Position numbers and translations under genes: made by a program
DNA from: Tubiluchus corallicola
Lineage: Eukaryota; Animalia; Priapulida
Reading direction: 5' to 3'
DNA: 64,000 nucleotides
Assembly (NCBI GenBank): GCA_030141605.1
Contig: JAQGDQ010000094.1
Location: forward strand, 62,001-126,000
The notes under the pieces: generated by a model
The model's input: only the letters and a program-made list of their open reading frames with translations
What the model was told of the DNA's origin: nothing
Database searches by the model: none
In this document: positions 25,603-64,000 of the stretch, piece by piece
Layout of the letters: every line of letters starts with the position of its first letter
How positions within the stretch are numbered: the first letter of the stretch is position 1

Positions 25603-27575
25603 TAATTACTTTCTTTGTGCTCAGATTAAATGAGTTTGGTAGTTACACGAGGAATTTTGAAAAACCCACATAATTCGAATAATAATATTATCGATAACAA
25701 CTGTGATACAAACTAAAAACTATAGTATAATCTCTAACCGTCATAAACAATGGCAGTGTTTTTCATGAGAAAAGTATGTAACACAAACAACAAGATTTGG
25801 GGTAGCCACGTCTTATTACAATGGCTTATTTTACAAGAATAAAATGCAGCTCGTTTCATTTATCAATAAAAATAATTAGTAACAGTATTATAATTATTTC
25901 GAAATTTGTATCTTGGACTACACCCATTTACAACAATTTTCCTGTGTTAAGAATGATTTTTATGTCACCAACATACAATAAACATTTCAACTTTCCAAAC
26001 TATAACGGTTATGAAATTAGGCCTACATACCCACAAAATTAATTAACTCTAATTAACCTCCTTTAACAATTTACCATAATAAACTTAATTTACATAATAA
26101 TGAGCACAGCTGCACACAGAGAGACAAACATACAGATGTTTAGAATAAATGCAACAATAGTACTATTAATGTTTTCTAATCTATCTTCTTTTTGTGTTTA
26201 CTGCATAATTACCACGATTATCACATAGAACCAATAGTTGTACATGTAATTTTTATAATCGTGTCTAATGTAGGAGATTTGTAAGTTGTAATGTGATTAA
26301 TGTAATGTAAGTTTTTTGCTACCCAGTTTATCAGGACAATTACAATAGTAAAGCAGACATTAAACATTGTCTGTAGTTATCCAAGAGATGGTGCAAAGCT
26401 CTTTGGAGACTCAATAAATGCGGTACACTAGACAATAATAATTATTTCAGCATCGCATATAAATACTCATTACGGATAAATACTACATCATTTTCCCTGA
26501 AAGCAGTATTTATGTTAGTGCTGCACTAGAAAATAATTTAAGTGAATGACTTTTAACATTAATTATTTTAAACAAAAGTATATTTTCAGAAAATTTAAGC
26601 TTTAAAGCAAGCAGTCAGCAGAAAAGAAAATGGTAGGGATGACCACACACTGTAAAGAGTGTAATAGTTTGAGTTTCACTATGGGCATTAAAATCAATGG
26701 CAGTAGAATATTTGATCATTGGATAATACCTTTGTTCTCAGCAACGTGAAACAAATCACACCTAGCTCTGCAGATGAGCCACTAAGGTTTTTAATTACTT
26801 AATATTGGTCTTACTTTTAGCAAAATTGTATCGAAATACATTCCGGTATTTTCTTTATTATGAATGCAGCATATGGTACGTAATTAAATTACCACAGGTA
26901 ATTAGCCACAATTATCGAAAGCTATGAAACAAATTATCATTAAATTACTCCACAAATAGCCTCTTTTTAAAAAAACAAAAAAATAGGTATCAAACTCTAA
27001 CAGAAAATGTTTTGACATATTCCACTCAACAATAAATGCAAATAACGTAAATTAACGTTAACAACAATAACAACTGTGCTGCTAAAAGACGTAAAAACAG
27101 TTAGCACCAATAAGATCAATTTTTGTGAGTAACTTAATTAAAAGTGTTAAAAGATTTGGAGTAAAATGTATGTTGAAAATGTAATAATTTGTTTACTACA
27201 AGCATTTGTGCCACAAATTTGACAGAAAAGGGCAAATTTCTGCAGCATCGCTTGCAAAGTTGGCATTGATAACTATATGTATTCCTACTTTTTTACTAAT
27301 TTCCAAAAGTGAAACACTTACTAACTAAGCTGTTGACAAGTTGCTTATAGGTTAAATGGGAGTTTAAAAATTGCAGATAAGTAAAGGTAAACTTGATGAA
27401 AAACTGTCCTTACTTATATTCTGATTGCCAACAGATTCCTGCTTTATAGCTCTTGTAGCTTTGTGTGTTGAACTTGTTTACAAAACTAATTTGTTTGTCT
27501 TGAACTGAAAGTGTATGTTAATAAATGTTTAAATCATTTACTGATTTTTTTTCGTTTATCATCTTTCAGTAACAG

Positions 27576-54049
<26,474 letters not shown>

Positions 54050-54740
54050 GTTGCTGGCTACCGGGCGTCGACTAATCACTTCACCCCACTCGAGTCACTG
54101 ATGTTATTCCGCCTGTAATTACAAAGTGATCACTAGCATTTCAAAATTTTGGCTTTATTGGCCAAATGTTAATCAACCCACTGACTACTCGACTGACCAG
54201 CAACTCATCAAATAAGGGAGCGCATGAAGCAATAAGGGAATGAACAAAGTAAAAGAGAAAAAAGAAAGAAAGAATATTTGTTAAATAAATATTAATAGTG
54301 TTATTAATATTAATTATTAAGAATGCAATACTCTGGTTATGAAAACAATTTTACCGCGCTCTCTGGATGCCAAGTAAGAAAATCACGTAGAAAGACATGA
54401 AGTAGCCCTCAAACTTAAGACGGCAGGTAAAGGTAAGAAGGATTAACGAACTATTCACCCCGAGGCAGCACTTAAATTCGACCGTAACCAAGACAGCTCA
54501 TTCAGTTCGGGGACACTCCACCTTACGTACAGTAACTTACAGTGGTTTGCATGTAAGCAATTTACCATCTACAAAAACGTACAAGTCAACGAACTGTCCA
54601 GAAATCCCAAGGGTAACCTTAAGTGGTATTAGCAAGCATTGCAATTATTTTATATTTAATCGTTACGTTTTGCTGATTCTCACCGACACAGAATTTGAAT
54701 CAAAATTGTATGCCGTCACCATGAGAATGCAATCCTAATA

Positions 54741-54990
54741 ACCAGTAGCTTGGTCGATATGTGAATGCAGTACTGATGACCAGTAGCTTGGTCGACATGT
54801 GAATGCAGTACTGATAACTGGTAGCTTGGTCAACATATGAATGCAGTACTGATGACCAGTAGCTTTGCTGACATTTGAATGCAGTACTGATGGCCAGTAG
54901 CTTAGTCGACATGTGAATGCTGTACTGACGACCAGTAGCTTGGTTGACATGCGAATGCAGTACTGATGACCAGTAGCTTGGTCGACATAT
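54741..54990. repeat. 38-bp minisatellite x~6.5 (accagtagcttggtcgacatgtgaatgcagtactgatg)
   Basis: Contiguous units with no spacers. Confidence 0.92.
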
Positions 54991-57900
54991 CATGGTGCTG
55001 CTTATTGGGCACGCTGTGGACTTGTTTGCCAACTACAATTACTTATATCATGTTGTTTATTGTTTTTTTTCGCATTTGGTTTAAACACCAAATTACAGAA
55101 GAGCTCCCAATAATCATAATAAATTGAACATTAGCACTAATAAACAAGACACGTTCTGCTCCTACACATTTTTTTCAAATAACATACTTGACGCCAATTC
55201 CCTTTATTCTGTCTAATTTGTTTCTGTAACTGGTGATGGCGCAAATCTAAGACAAAGACAGAAGCTGTTGAATTATAATTATACAGTCTAGCTGTATTAA
55301 AAATAAAAAGTGTTGTATAGTCATTTGAAAGAAATCGACTTATTTACATAATACGTAATAATTTAGTTTTTTCTGGTATTTTACGCAGTTTATTTGGAAA
55401 TCTCCCGGATCTGGAAATGAGGCCAAGTAAGCGAGCCAAAAAACAAATCGGGACGTCCCGGCAATGTTCCGAAAATAGCTGGGCCTTGTAAGGTCGCCTG
55501 AGTCAAGTCAACACACAGTCGGCAATATGTTGATATCTCTACCACTAATAAGCGTAACTAAGCATGCTGAAGTGAAGAAGCTGACGGGTGGGACGAATTT
55601 GGAGAAAAAACCAGCAATTTACGTAGTTTAGTACTCATTTCACTAAGTCACCTGAAAATGAGATACCAGAGAAGCAAGCAGTTTCCGTATCTTTATACGT
55701 AAAACTAATCAGTGCTGTACGTGCAATAACGTGACAAAACAGTCAAGTAAGCAGGCAGCAGTTAAATGCAAAAAACTGTCTTAATGTTAATAAACAAACT
55801 ATAGTTTATAATTCCATAAGTTTTCTTTTTCTGACAATACCAGGCATACATCTAGTCAACACCCAACATTTTAACATGTAAAATGTAATACATAGTAACC
55901 TCCTTTTGATGCCACGATTTCTACTCAAATTTTCAAATAAACATTTAACTTACGATAGCGATAAAAAATTTAAGGCAAACATTTGCGGCAGTCAGTACTG
56001 AGCATAATACAGTTTATTATAGGTTCATTAACAGGTGAGTGGACAGCTATCAAGTCTGTTATCGTTTTCGTTGCGACAGTAGCCAACGACAAACTGTCAG
56101 TTCATTGAAATATGCACGATAAGAACTGATACTATATTACTGTAAATATTGATTTAGTACAGTCCACAGTCTAGTTTGGAATTTTAAGATGTAGGTGTGC
56201 AATTTGGGGAATGTTTAACAAGCTACGCGACATTATCACAAACAATTCTCTATCAAAACAATGTTCAACCTGATATTAGGCCTATTTAATGGCAGATTTT
56301 AATTTTGATGAAAATTATTATATGTTGCTGACAGCTGCTGAATTACGATATTATGCAATGTATAAAAAGTATACATAAAGTAATCTCTAAAGTATATAAC
56401 GCGGACACGCTGTATACTTGTACTATTAAATCAGTAAATTAAAGTCGAAACTGCAACTTAAACCATTCTGGAGGTGCAGATTAAAACCAGCCAGAATATA
56501 CTTGCTGTCAAATAAAAATCCCAAGAATAAAAAACTTCACATTGAATGTCCACTTAAAAACCTTGTGAGAAACTGGTTAATTTTAGCTCATAACTTTCCT
56601 CTTGGAATGTGGACGACGACCCACTCTCTTTTTATTTTCCAAGCTTTCAGGAATATACGGTATTAGAAATAGCTAATGATAGCTAATAATGGAACTATAA
56701 AGTTGTAATGACAGAATGCAGAATGAACGATTAATAAGATCTTTGAATCATTTTTAATTTGTGGGCCTTATTTGTTTGTATACATTGTGTCCGGTAATAA
56801 AATAAGAAATCATGTAACAAAATACTTTGTAATAATTATAATAATAATAATTAAAATAATAATCATGTAACTTTTGATAAATTGAAAGAAGTGGCAAATG
56901 TCGGGTTTTGCCTTGCCTTACGTCCGTGTTCGTGTGTTCGGGGCGGGGTGAAGACCTACTGTAAATTACTTCTCCTAATTTTCCTAAACAATTTTGAGTT
57001 TACCACACATTAAATAATCTTTTCTACATAAAAACACGACTATTTGCCTAGTTTCATTACCCTGTAAATCTCAAATCAAATCTTATTTTCACAGGCATCT
57101 TAGTTTTACTGACGGCATTTCACTCAAATTGCAACGCTTTGAACCCTGCATGACTTTTCCCCTACTTCTTTACGTGGCAATAATAACAATAATCTCGTAA
57201 TGCGATTAGACGCTGTTTTCATTGCGAGTTAACACTTATATAAATGTTGGACGGAACAGTTTAGACATGATTAGATTTTTATAAGTTTCCTCGAGACAGC
57301 ATACATAACGAGCAAGATTTCGTTTTTCTGCAGGCATTAACTAAACTCTTGTTCACCTTGTGCTAAAATTTGTTTTGCCAGATTGCTAGGTAATTAAGCA
57401 ATAATAAAAATTCATTAAGAACTGATCATTTAACTATATTCCGATATATATATATATTTATATATATATATATAAATCGGAAAAGTTGATAGTGTAATTA
57501 TTATAGTTAAATTAAACTATCAAAAAGGTCCAACAACAAAAAACATCATAATCACTAAACTGCACAGTCTCTTGTGATTAAAACAGGTCTTAATTTAAGG
57601 CAAATACACGCTCACCAACCCACTCAAAAATTTAAAACTCAGGCTCAATGATTCTTTGAAGATTACTTTAAATTGGTTTACCTTGAAAAGTTCATTATTA
57701 GTTGCTTTATCCTAGCTCAGTAAATATAAAATAAAATATAAACACGTAAAACGTCAATACAAAACAGTCAATACAATACATACGAAACCAATGCAGAAAT
57801 ATTAACTCAGAATTCTTATTTACTTTGCAAATGCTCTGAAGATCATAATTAACATCTTAACATGTTGAACGCGCTGGATGGTATAACCACATCATAATCA

Positions 57901-58320
57901 AATAAAAAATAGCCCAGGAAATTTGGTGTCGATGCGCCGCTATATTTTTGTTTGGTTATTACGCACTACAAAATCCGGTCACACGAACGAATCTACTGTT
58001 ATAAATCCTGTACACAAATGTGCGAGAATCAAACAGGCAAAAACTTATTTAGTAATCAGTGCACACAATATTCTGTTGACTAATGTAAAATAGTTTGGTG
58101 CCTAGTCATCTATCAGAACCTTTCTGTCGAGAAAACTAACTAAAGCTCTCGCCAGACAAATATGAACTGCTATAAGGAAAGCAAAAGAATAAATGAGACA
58201 GCGAATAGGAGGGAAAATAGGAAAAGTAGAAATAATGGATGAGTGCGTACGTGAATGAGCAAGTAACTGAATGAGTAAGTGCTTCTCACACTGTACTAAG
58301 AGTAATTGAATGCGTACTAA

Positions 58321-58332
58321 AGAGAGAGAGAG

Positions 58333-58373
<41 letters not shown>

Positions 58374-58410
58374 AGGGAAGAGAGAGGGGCAGAGAGGAGG
58401 AGAGGGAGAA
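58321..58410. repeat. (AG)n(GT)n(AG)n microsatellite
   Basis: Direct reading. Confidence 0.9.
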
Positions 58411-61400
58411 AGAATGGAGTGCATGAGCATGTGCAATGTCGTAGTTGAATCTAGTCTTAAATTGAGAATTGTACATCTAGCTAGACACGCATGAGCGTAA
58501 TACATCTGTCATAATTACTGTGCTGAGAATTGCTCATCTTCATGGATAAATAAAGGAAGTCTATAGAAAGATCACAAAACCAGAAACAAAGACCAAGAAG
58601 CCTTGAGGAGCTGAAAAGCCTGCAGCAGCAGCAGCAGCAGCAGTAAAATGCTTGCACATCTAATGCGTTTACTTTCTAAGATTGGCTAGTGATAGCAAAA
58701 CCACATTGTGTAGTGTCAGCCTCCAGAAAAATACCGATATTAACAATGAGAAACGAGGAGATAGTGACTAATTCTATTAGATTCCCTCAGGCAGACTATT
58801 GACGTCCATCTACATTGAAACTGTCATATCTGTTGTCAGACATGACTTCTGCAAACAGGTGCAACACTTGCACAGAAATGGAAATCACTGAAACTGATTT
58901 ACTGAACAGGGCATTATAGAACCTGCAGAATTTTTAGTAGAAGTAATAGTAGTAGTAGTAATTTTAAGTAATTAACACTGTAGTATTTTGCAGGTAACTG
59001 GCTTGGCTTTAGCTTCTACCAAACAAAAATTCCACAGAATTGTACATTAGTTATCACAATTAATATCAATTACAGTTTTAATTTTACGTTGAAACCGTTT
59101 TTATGTCAAAACGCATACCTATTGGATTATTTGCTCAAATTTCATTTCGCATGGTATTATACATTAGGAAATCTTCTACTTTCACCATCAGCAAAATCTA
59201 GAACCGCCCCATGCCTCATTGGAGGTGTTGGTTTTGCCCTTAATGACTTCTTAACTGCAGGATGTTAGCCCCAGGGGCAAAAATAGTCAGGTCGTTTTTG
59301 TAATCATAGTTAATTATGGGCGGTAGTTTGCGAATGCCGTACATCATCGACAGACAGATTTGCCGTCCAGAACACTCCGGGTCACACCCTCAATTGGCAT
59401 TCGTTCGGTTGGTTGAGAAAGGTCACTTAGCCTCGCGTCAGAATTAGTTATTGTTTAATTACTATTCATTAATAAAATAGCACAATGTATTGTGCATTTC
59501 ATTTATTAAAAATATTGCGTTTATGGATCGTAGCATTGCTTTCCCGGTCTGGTTCTCTTCCGGTGCACAAATATAAAAAATACCGCGGCTAGAGGAAAGA
59601 CAATACTTACTTGATCAAGCGAGAAAGAACCTTTATTAAGACAGGCAGGTATCCTTACAGTCACAAACAATTATCAGCTCGCCCTTCAACCACAACTGGA
59701 GTTACTACACTACACACTTAAATGATCTTACAAATAATGTTAAAGCCTCGTTGGCTACAGACTATTATACGTATTGTAATTAAATGTATTAACTGCATAA
59801 TTATCTGATTGAGATCGTTTTAATATTGACAGCTTGCTTTTTCTATAGGACCATGGAAGTGAAATGTAATTATTTCAAATCAATCACAATAGAGCATTCT
59901 CTATATCGCATTTTAATTCACAATATTTGAGTAATGTCATTCGTAACCAAAATACGTAAACGCATTTTTAAATGACAAAGAAAATACAACAATACTAGCG
60001 GTCTGTAAGTGTCCTACAAAAAATTATATGATTACACTAAAGTAATTATTACACTTCACCCTTACGTAGGGTTGACAACTTTTGTGGAAATTATAAAAAA
60101 CACCATGCTCTCATTAGTGCCATGCCATAGTAAACTCAGCTTATACGTCCATTTTGACTGGGTTATATATTTATGCAGGAATTTATAATCCAAACGTTGT
60201 CAAGTTTACCTAAACCATATAAGTCTTCTGAATTCAGACTTCGGTTTGACGATTGGATTACAATCTTACACTTATAAAAACTTTATTACATGATCTCTTA
60301 TAATAATCACGCCAATAAAAATAGATTAAGTTTATTACTTAAGAACACATTTTCAGTTGAGCTTTAATCAAGCAGAATATAACAATCCGTTTTCAGTACT
60401 AGCATCAGCTGTACTTATCATGAATCTAGATACGTTTTGACTCACTTAAGAATTTTTTAAAATCAAGTACAACATTTATATTTACATATGACATGAGTAT
60501 TGTACTTGTTAACCTCTAAACCAAAACAAATGTTAAACGCAGAACACGCCTGCAAAATGCTTAGACATTAATTTTCAGGTTATTTTTTACTTAAAAATTA
60601 AACGTCTGTCAAACGTCGCGATAGACAGTTAATTGGCCAGTGGGAAAACAAGGAAATATTATATTGCAAACCTACCTTGACTGAAAACAATGTGACTAAA
60701 TAATCCAACAATTTTCCAATTTGCAGATAAGTTCACTAAACACGCAGGGAATAGGAGAGCTGATTACATATTTTACCACGTGAGCATACTAACAGCGGCA
60801 TACCAACTGATCTACGTTGCAGACAACAGAGTACCGGAAATTTTGACCTGGCTGGAATAATCTGAATAGGTATGCTGAGAGGGCGCCAGAGAACAGTTGC
60901 TCGAACCTGAGGCTAGAGAAACTTTAAATACTGAGACGTGGCTAAAGGACTCTCTTCTTTCTCACACCTACACACTAACACGCACGCACGCTCGCACAGA
61001 CACACACACACACACACATGCGCACACATATCTTCTTCCTCTCTCATCCTCACACTCTCATCCTCTTTATTTTCTTTTGCTATCGTTGATGTTTTAGAAA
61101 GTTTATTCAATAATAACAACGATAATAATGACAACTGCAGCAGTGCTAACACATCAATCTTTAATCACTTTAGACTCAAAATAATCTTTTGAAGCTTGAA
61201 GCTAAATAATCATTAATGAAGCATGTAAAATATTTTCAGCTTGACTAACCATTGCTACTTGGTTAATTTTCTGTAGCAAGCTGAATATTATGCAGTTACT
61301 AAGGCTGACAGCGGCTCAAACTATAAAATGACGTATTTTAGTACTATGTTTAGCGTTTTAATTACTAAACAATGTCTATTATACAGTGAGGAAGCAAGTT

Positions 61401-61649
61401 TCAGTAAAAACACGAACTGAAGTTCGACAACCTCAGCTGGCGCCGCCAAACGGCTGCAGTGATTATCTAAGAACACGGCTTGCTTCATCATCTGTTTCGA
61501 ATAAACTCTTCGGAACGCATAATATATCTTTTCTTAAAGATTCTCAGATTTATATTGAAATTATAAAACCAAGAGGCAGAGCGTTGAACTCAGAGAAAAA
61601 GGGCTGAAGCAACGCTTATAGAATTCGAGGATTCAACCAGTGCTTGCAA

Positions 61650-62640
61650 GATTATTCCCGGGTAGGCCTGGATTTATAGGACATTTCCTTATAAGGCCTC
61701 TTCCCTAGTTGTAAAAGTCTGATTATATCGATGAGAGTTCAAAGAAGTAGCTAAAACACCTCTGAGCTCAAACACCTTCTCAGCATCTGCAAAAGGAGCA
61801 AAAATTAAGTGTCCCAAACCATCATTCTTACGAACAGGAGGGCGAATCGCGATTCGCCTGGCAGGTCTAATAATGATCCACCCAACATTACCTTACTTTA
61901 CCAGTTCCATGCTTACCAATGTCATCCCAGCTCACAGAATTGGGGCCCACATGGGCATTGAAATCACCAACCATCCTCCCTCGGAATCAAATAGGAAGTG
62001 CATCTCTAAACAGGGCTGCTTTTCAGACATGCTATTGTTATACTCCAATGGCAAGGAAGAGTCAAGACGACTGGCTGTTGCGCCATGCAAGGAATAGAGG
62101 AGTGGCTGTGGCACATAGATCTAGGATGGTTGCCTGCCAAAGCTAATGAAGCCTCCGAGAATCCAATCAAGAGGCTAAGTACTAACAGGACCAATTTAAA
62201 GACTTGTTTAGCTGGAAAACGGCGATAAAGGGGATGTTCTGTCCAATCGAAAATTTGCTATTCAGGATCTGCTGTGATATTCGTTCTGCGATATTTAGTT
62301 TCCGAGATAAGCATCTGTTTGGAATAACTCAAAAGCTAGACAGCGCTACTTGACAAAATCTGGTGTGCTTCTGACTAAAGTAGAGGGCCACCTTAGCTTA
62401 CAATATCGGGTCGTGACCCTTTGATCCGCCTGAATTATGACCGGAAAATCGTCAAAGTATGTCTATTTTTGAGAAGCAATTACTCTTGCAAGAAGCGCCA
62501 CCTACCAAGATGGCGTGGAGTGGCGATTGTTCGATCAATTCTCTATCCAATAATGTGCCGCACAGTCACCATTACCACAGGATTGCCAGGCTACGCCCGT
62601 TTTTCTGAACCCGTGTCGGATGGAAATCACGTATGAAAAA
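61650..62640 (-). mobile_element. Decayed RTE-type LINE 5'/APE fragment
   Basis: Minus-strand MVGDFNAHVGPNSVSWDDIGKHGTG (~61975-61900) in a block of higher GC. Boundaries approximate. Confidence 0.6.
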
Positions 62641-63869
62641 TGTTTTTACTTTCATCCTACACTGTATTTCACACTATATGTATTTTCATACAAAGACTTT
62701 TGTAGTATCATATCCACATTTTTATATTTGCATTAACCTATCAAACCAAGTCCAAGTAATGGTAGGGCTCATTTTATTATTTTAGCGTTTGAGCCGTTAA
62801 TTTCTTTTCGCAAGGTATGTATAACTTAATAGATATTGCTGGTACCTAATTAAATTAAAATTTAAATGAAGGCAACTTACTTTGTTTGTTCATTTGTTTG
62901 TTTGTACATTTACTTCAGCTAGCAACAAATTAAACATATTTAAATGAACATGTACATATATGCAGGGCGTACATTAAAAATTTAAAAATATCTTTCTAAA
63001 AATCTAAAACTAATTTGTGATATTAACACCCAAACGGCAGAAGGTAAATACAGGCAAGTATTGTTAACAACAGGTTAACAACGACAGCTGTTACGTATCA
63101 TCAGTAACAGGTAAGTACCATCAGTGTTAGACAAATATGGTCAGCAACACGTAAGTATCATCGGTAACAGGTTGGTATCATTTCGTTAACAAAAACTATC
63201 TATGTCATACACCTTGCTGACACATTTCTTTTCTGCAGGCAAACATTGTAACTACTAAACTATTGTTTTACGATATGAGAACTTTCGCACAACTCGACAG
63301 CTGAGAGCGGAATTATTGGACGAAGCCTACAGCCAAAAATTTCGTCTGTTTGGCTTCAATCACGTAATATAGTAATGCGTAAAATGGTGACATTGAACAT
63401 ACAGGTAACATCTGATTTAAAAACAGGTTGGCGTCATAACGTCAAACAGTTCAACTAGATTTTTACAAGAGATATGGATTCCCAAGTTAGGTATTTCGAC
63501 ACCTTCGCCTCATTTAATAAAGAAACATCTCGTTTATGCAATTTGCCAAATTTCGGTTTTGCGGGTAAACAGAAAAAAGGAAAAATTTTTAGCACAGCGC
63601 ATCTTATTCTACTTTGCATTGCGAATCCAGTGATATATGGCACGCCTCTGTATGACTTATATCTTCCGTTCACAGAGCGTTTAAACTTTAAAGTGGACCA
63701 TGTCGGCTTTTCCCTGTTGTGCAATGCATTATATTATGCAGACAATTGCATGTTTGACGGTTCAGGGTTCGACAAATCGGAGCAGGGTATCTATAGCCAA
63801 GGCATAAATACTTTACTTTCCTTTTTCGTTTGGATAGGTGGCGCCTCTTGTAGGAGTAATGGTTCATCA

Positions 63870-64000
63870 AACACGGACATATTTCAAGCGAGTCAAAGGA
63901 TCACGACGAGAAATTGCAAGCTAGGGTGGCCCTCTACCTAGCTACAAGCACACCAAATTGGATCAAGCAGCACTGTCTAGTTTTTTGAGTTATTCCAAAA
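63870..64000 (+). repeat. Interspersed repeat related to 42245-42370
   Basis: Shared gcgagtcaaag..atcacgac...ggccctctac...tacaagcacaccaaatt...ctagtttt..gagttatt. Confidence 0.6.

Noticed and set aside
54741-54990. Possible CRISPR array or hammerhead repeat (units contain CTGATGA)
   Set aside because: Units are contiguous with no unique spacers, there are no cas genes and the context is eukaryotic. No stem II or GAAA box follows CTGATGA.
58560-58650. Short frame ending in poly-Q (CAG)n
   Set aside because: No start codon or upstream exon support; likely a simple repeat
59200-59440. GC-richer segment resembling a LINE 5'UTR or HDV-like ribozyme
   Set aside because: Could not fit the nested double-pseudoknot pairings by eye
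63455-63941. 155-aa (+) and 89-aa (-) ORFs
   Set aside because: No recognisable motifs; they overlap an interspersed repeat and are probably decayed TE sequence

Overview
AT-rich, microsatellite-dense, intron-containing animal DNA, most likely an invertebrate (not prokaryotic). Two minus-strand host genes can be rebuilt by eye. One is a complete 11-coding-exon TINAGL1/Swim-type cathepsin-B-like pseudo-protease (CDS 54049->27576, 1476 nt, 491 aa, all GT-AG phases consistent). The other is the 5' part of a signal-peptide-bearing protein with GPR158/GPR179-like (Cache-type) ectodomain motifs (5522->1), which runs off the window. The rest is mostly decayed mobile DNA: a Gypsy-type pol with integrase upstream of RT-RNaseH (Gmr1-like order) among nested LTRs, two Helitron families in head-to-tail arrays, a solo LTR with a 5-bp TSD, an Academ-like transposon with ~760-bp TIRs, CR1/L2- and RTE-type LINEs, MITEs and minisatellites. 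The most unusual signals are an inverted pair of minimal hammerhead-ribozyme motifs (20907-21216), a K/R/F-rich C-terminal tail on the TINAGL1 homolog, and a ~20-bp motif shared by the two otherwise dissimilar Helitron families. No clearly novel multi-gene system is demonstrable from sequence alone. All family assignments rest on motif recognition, not database searches.
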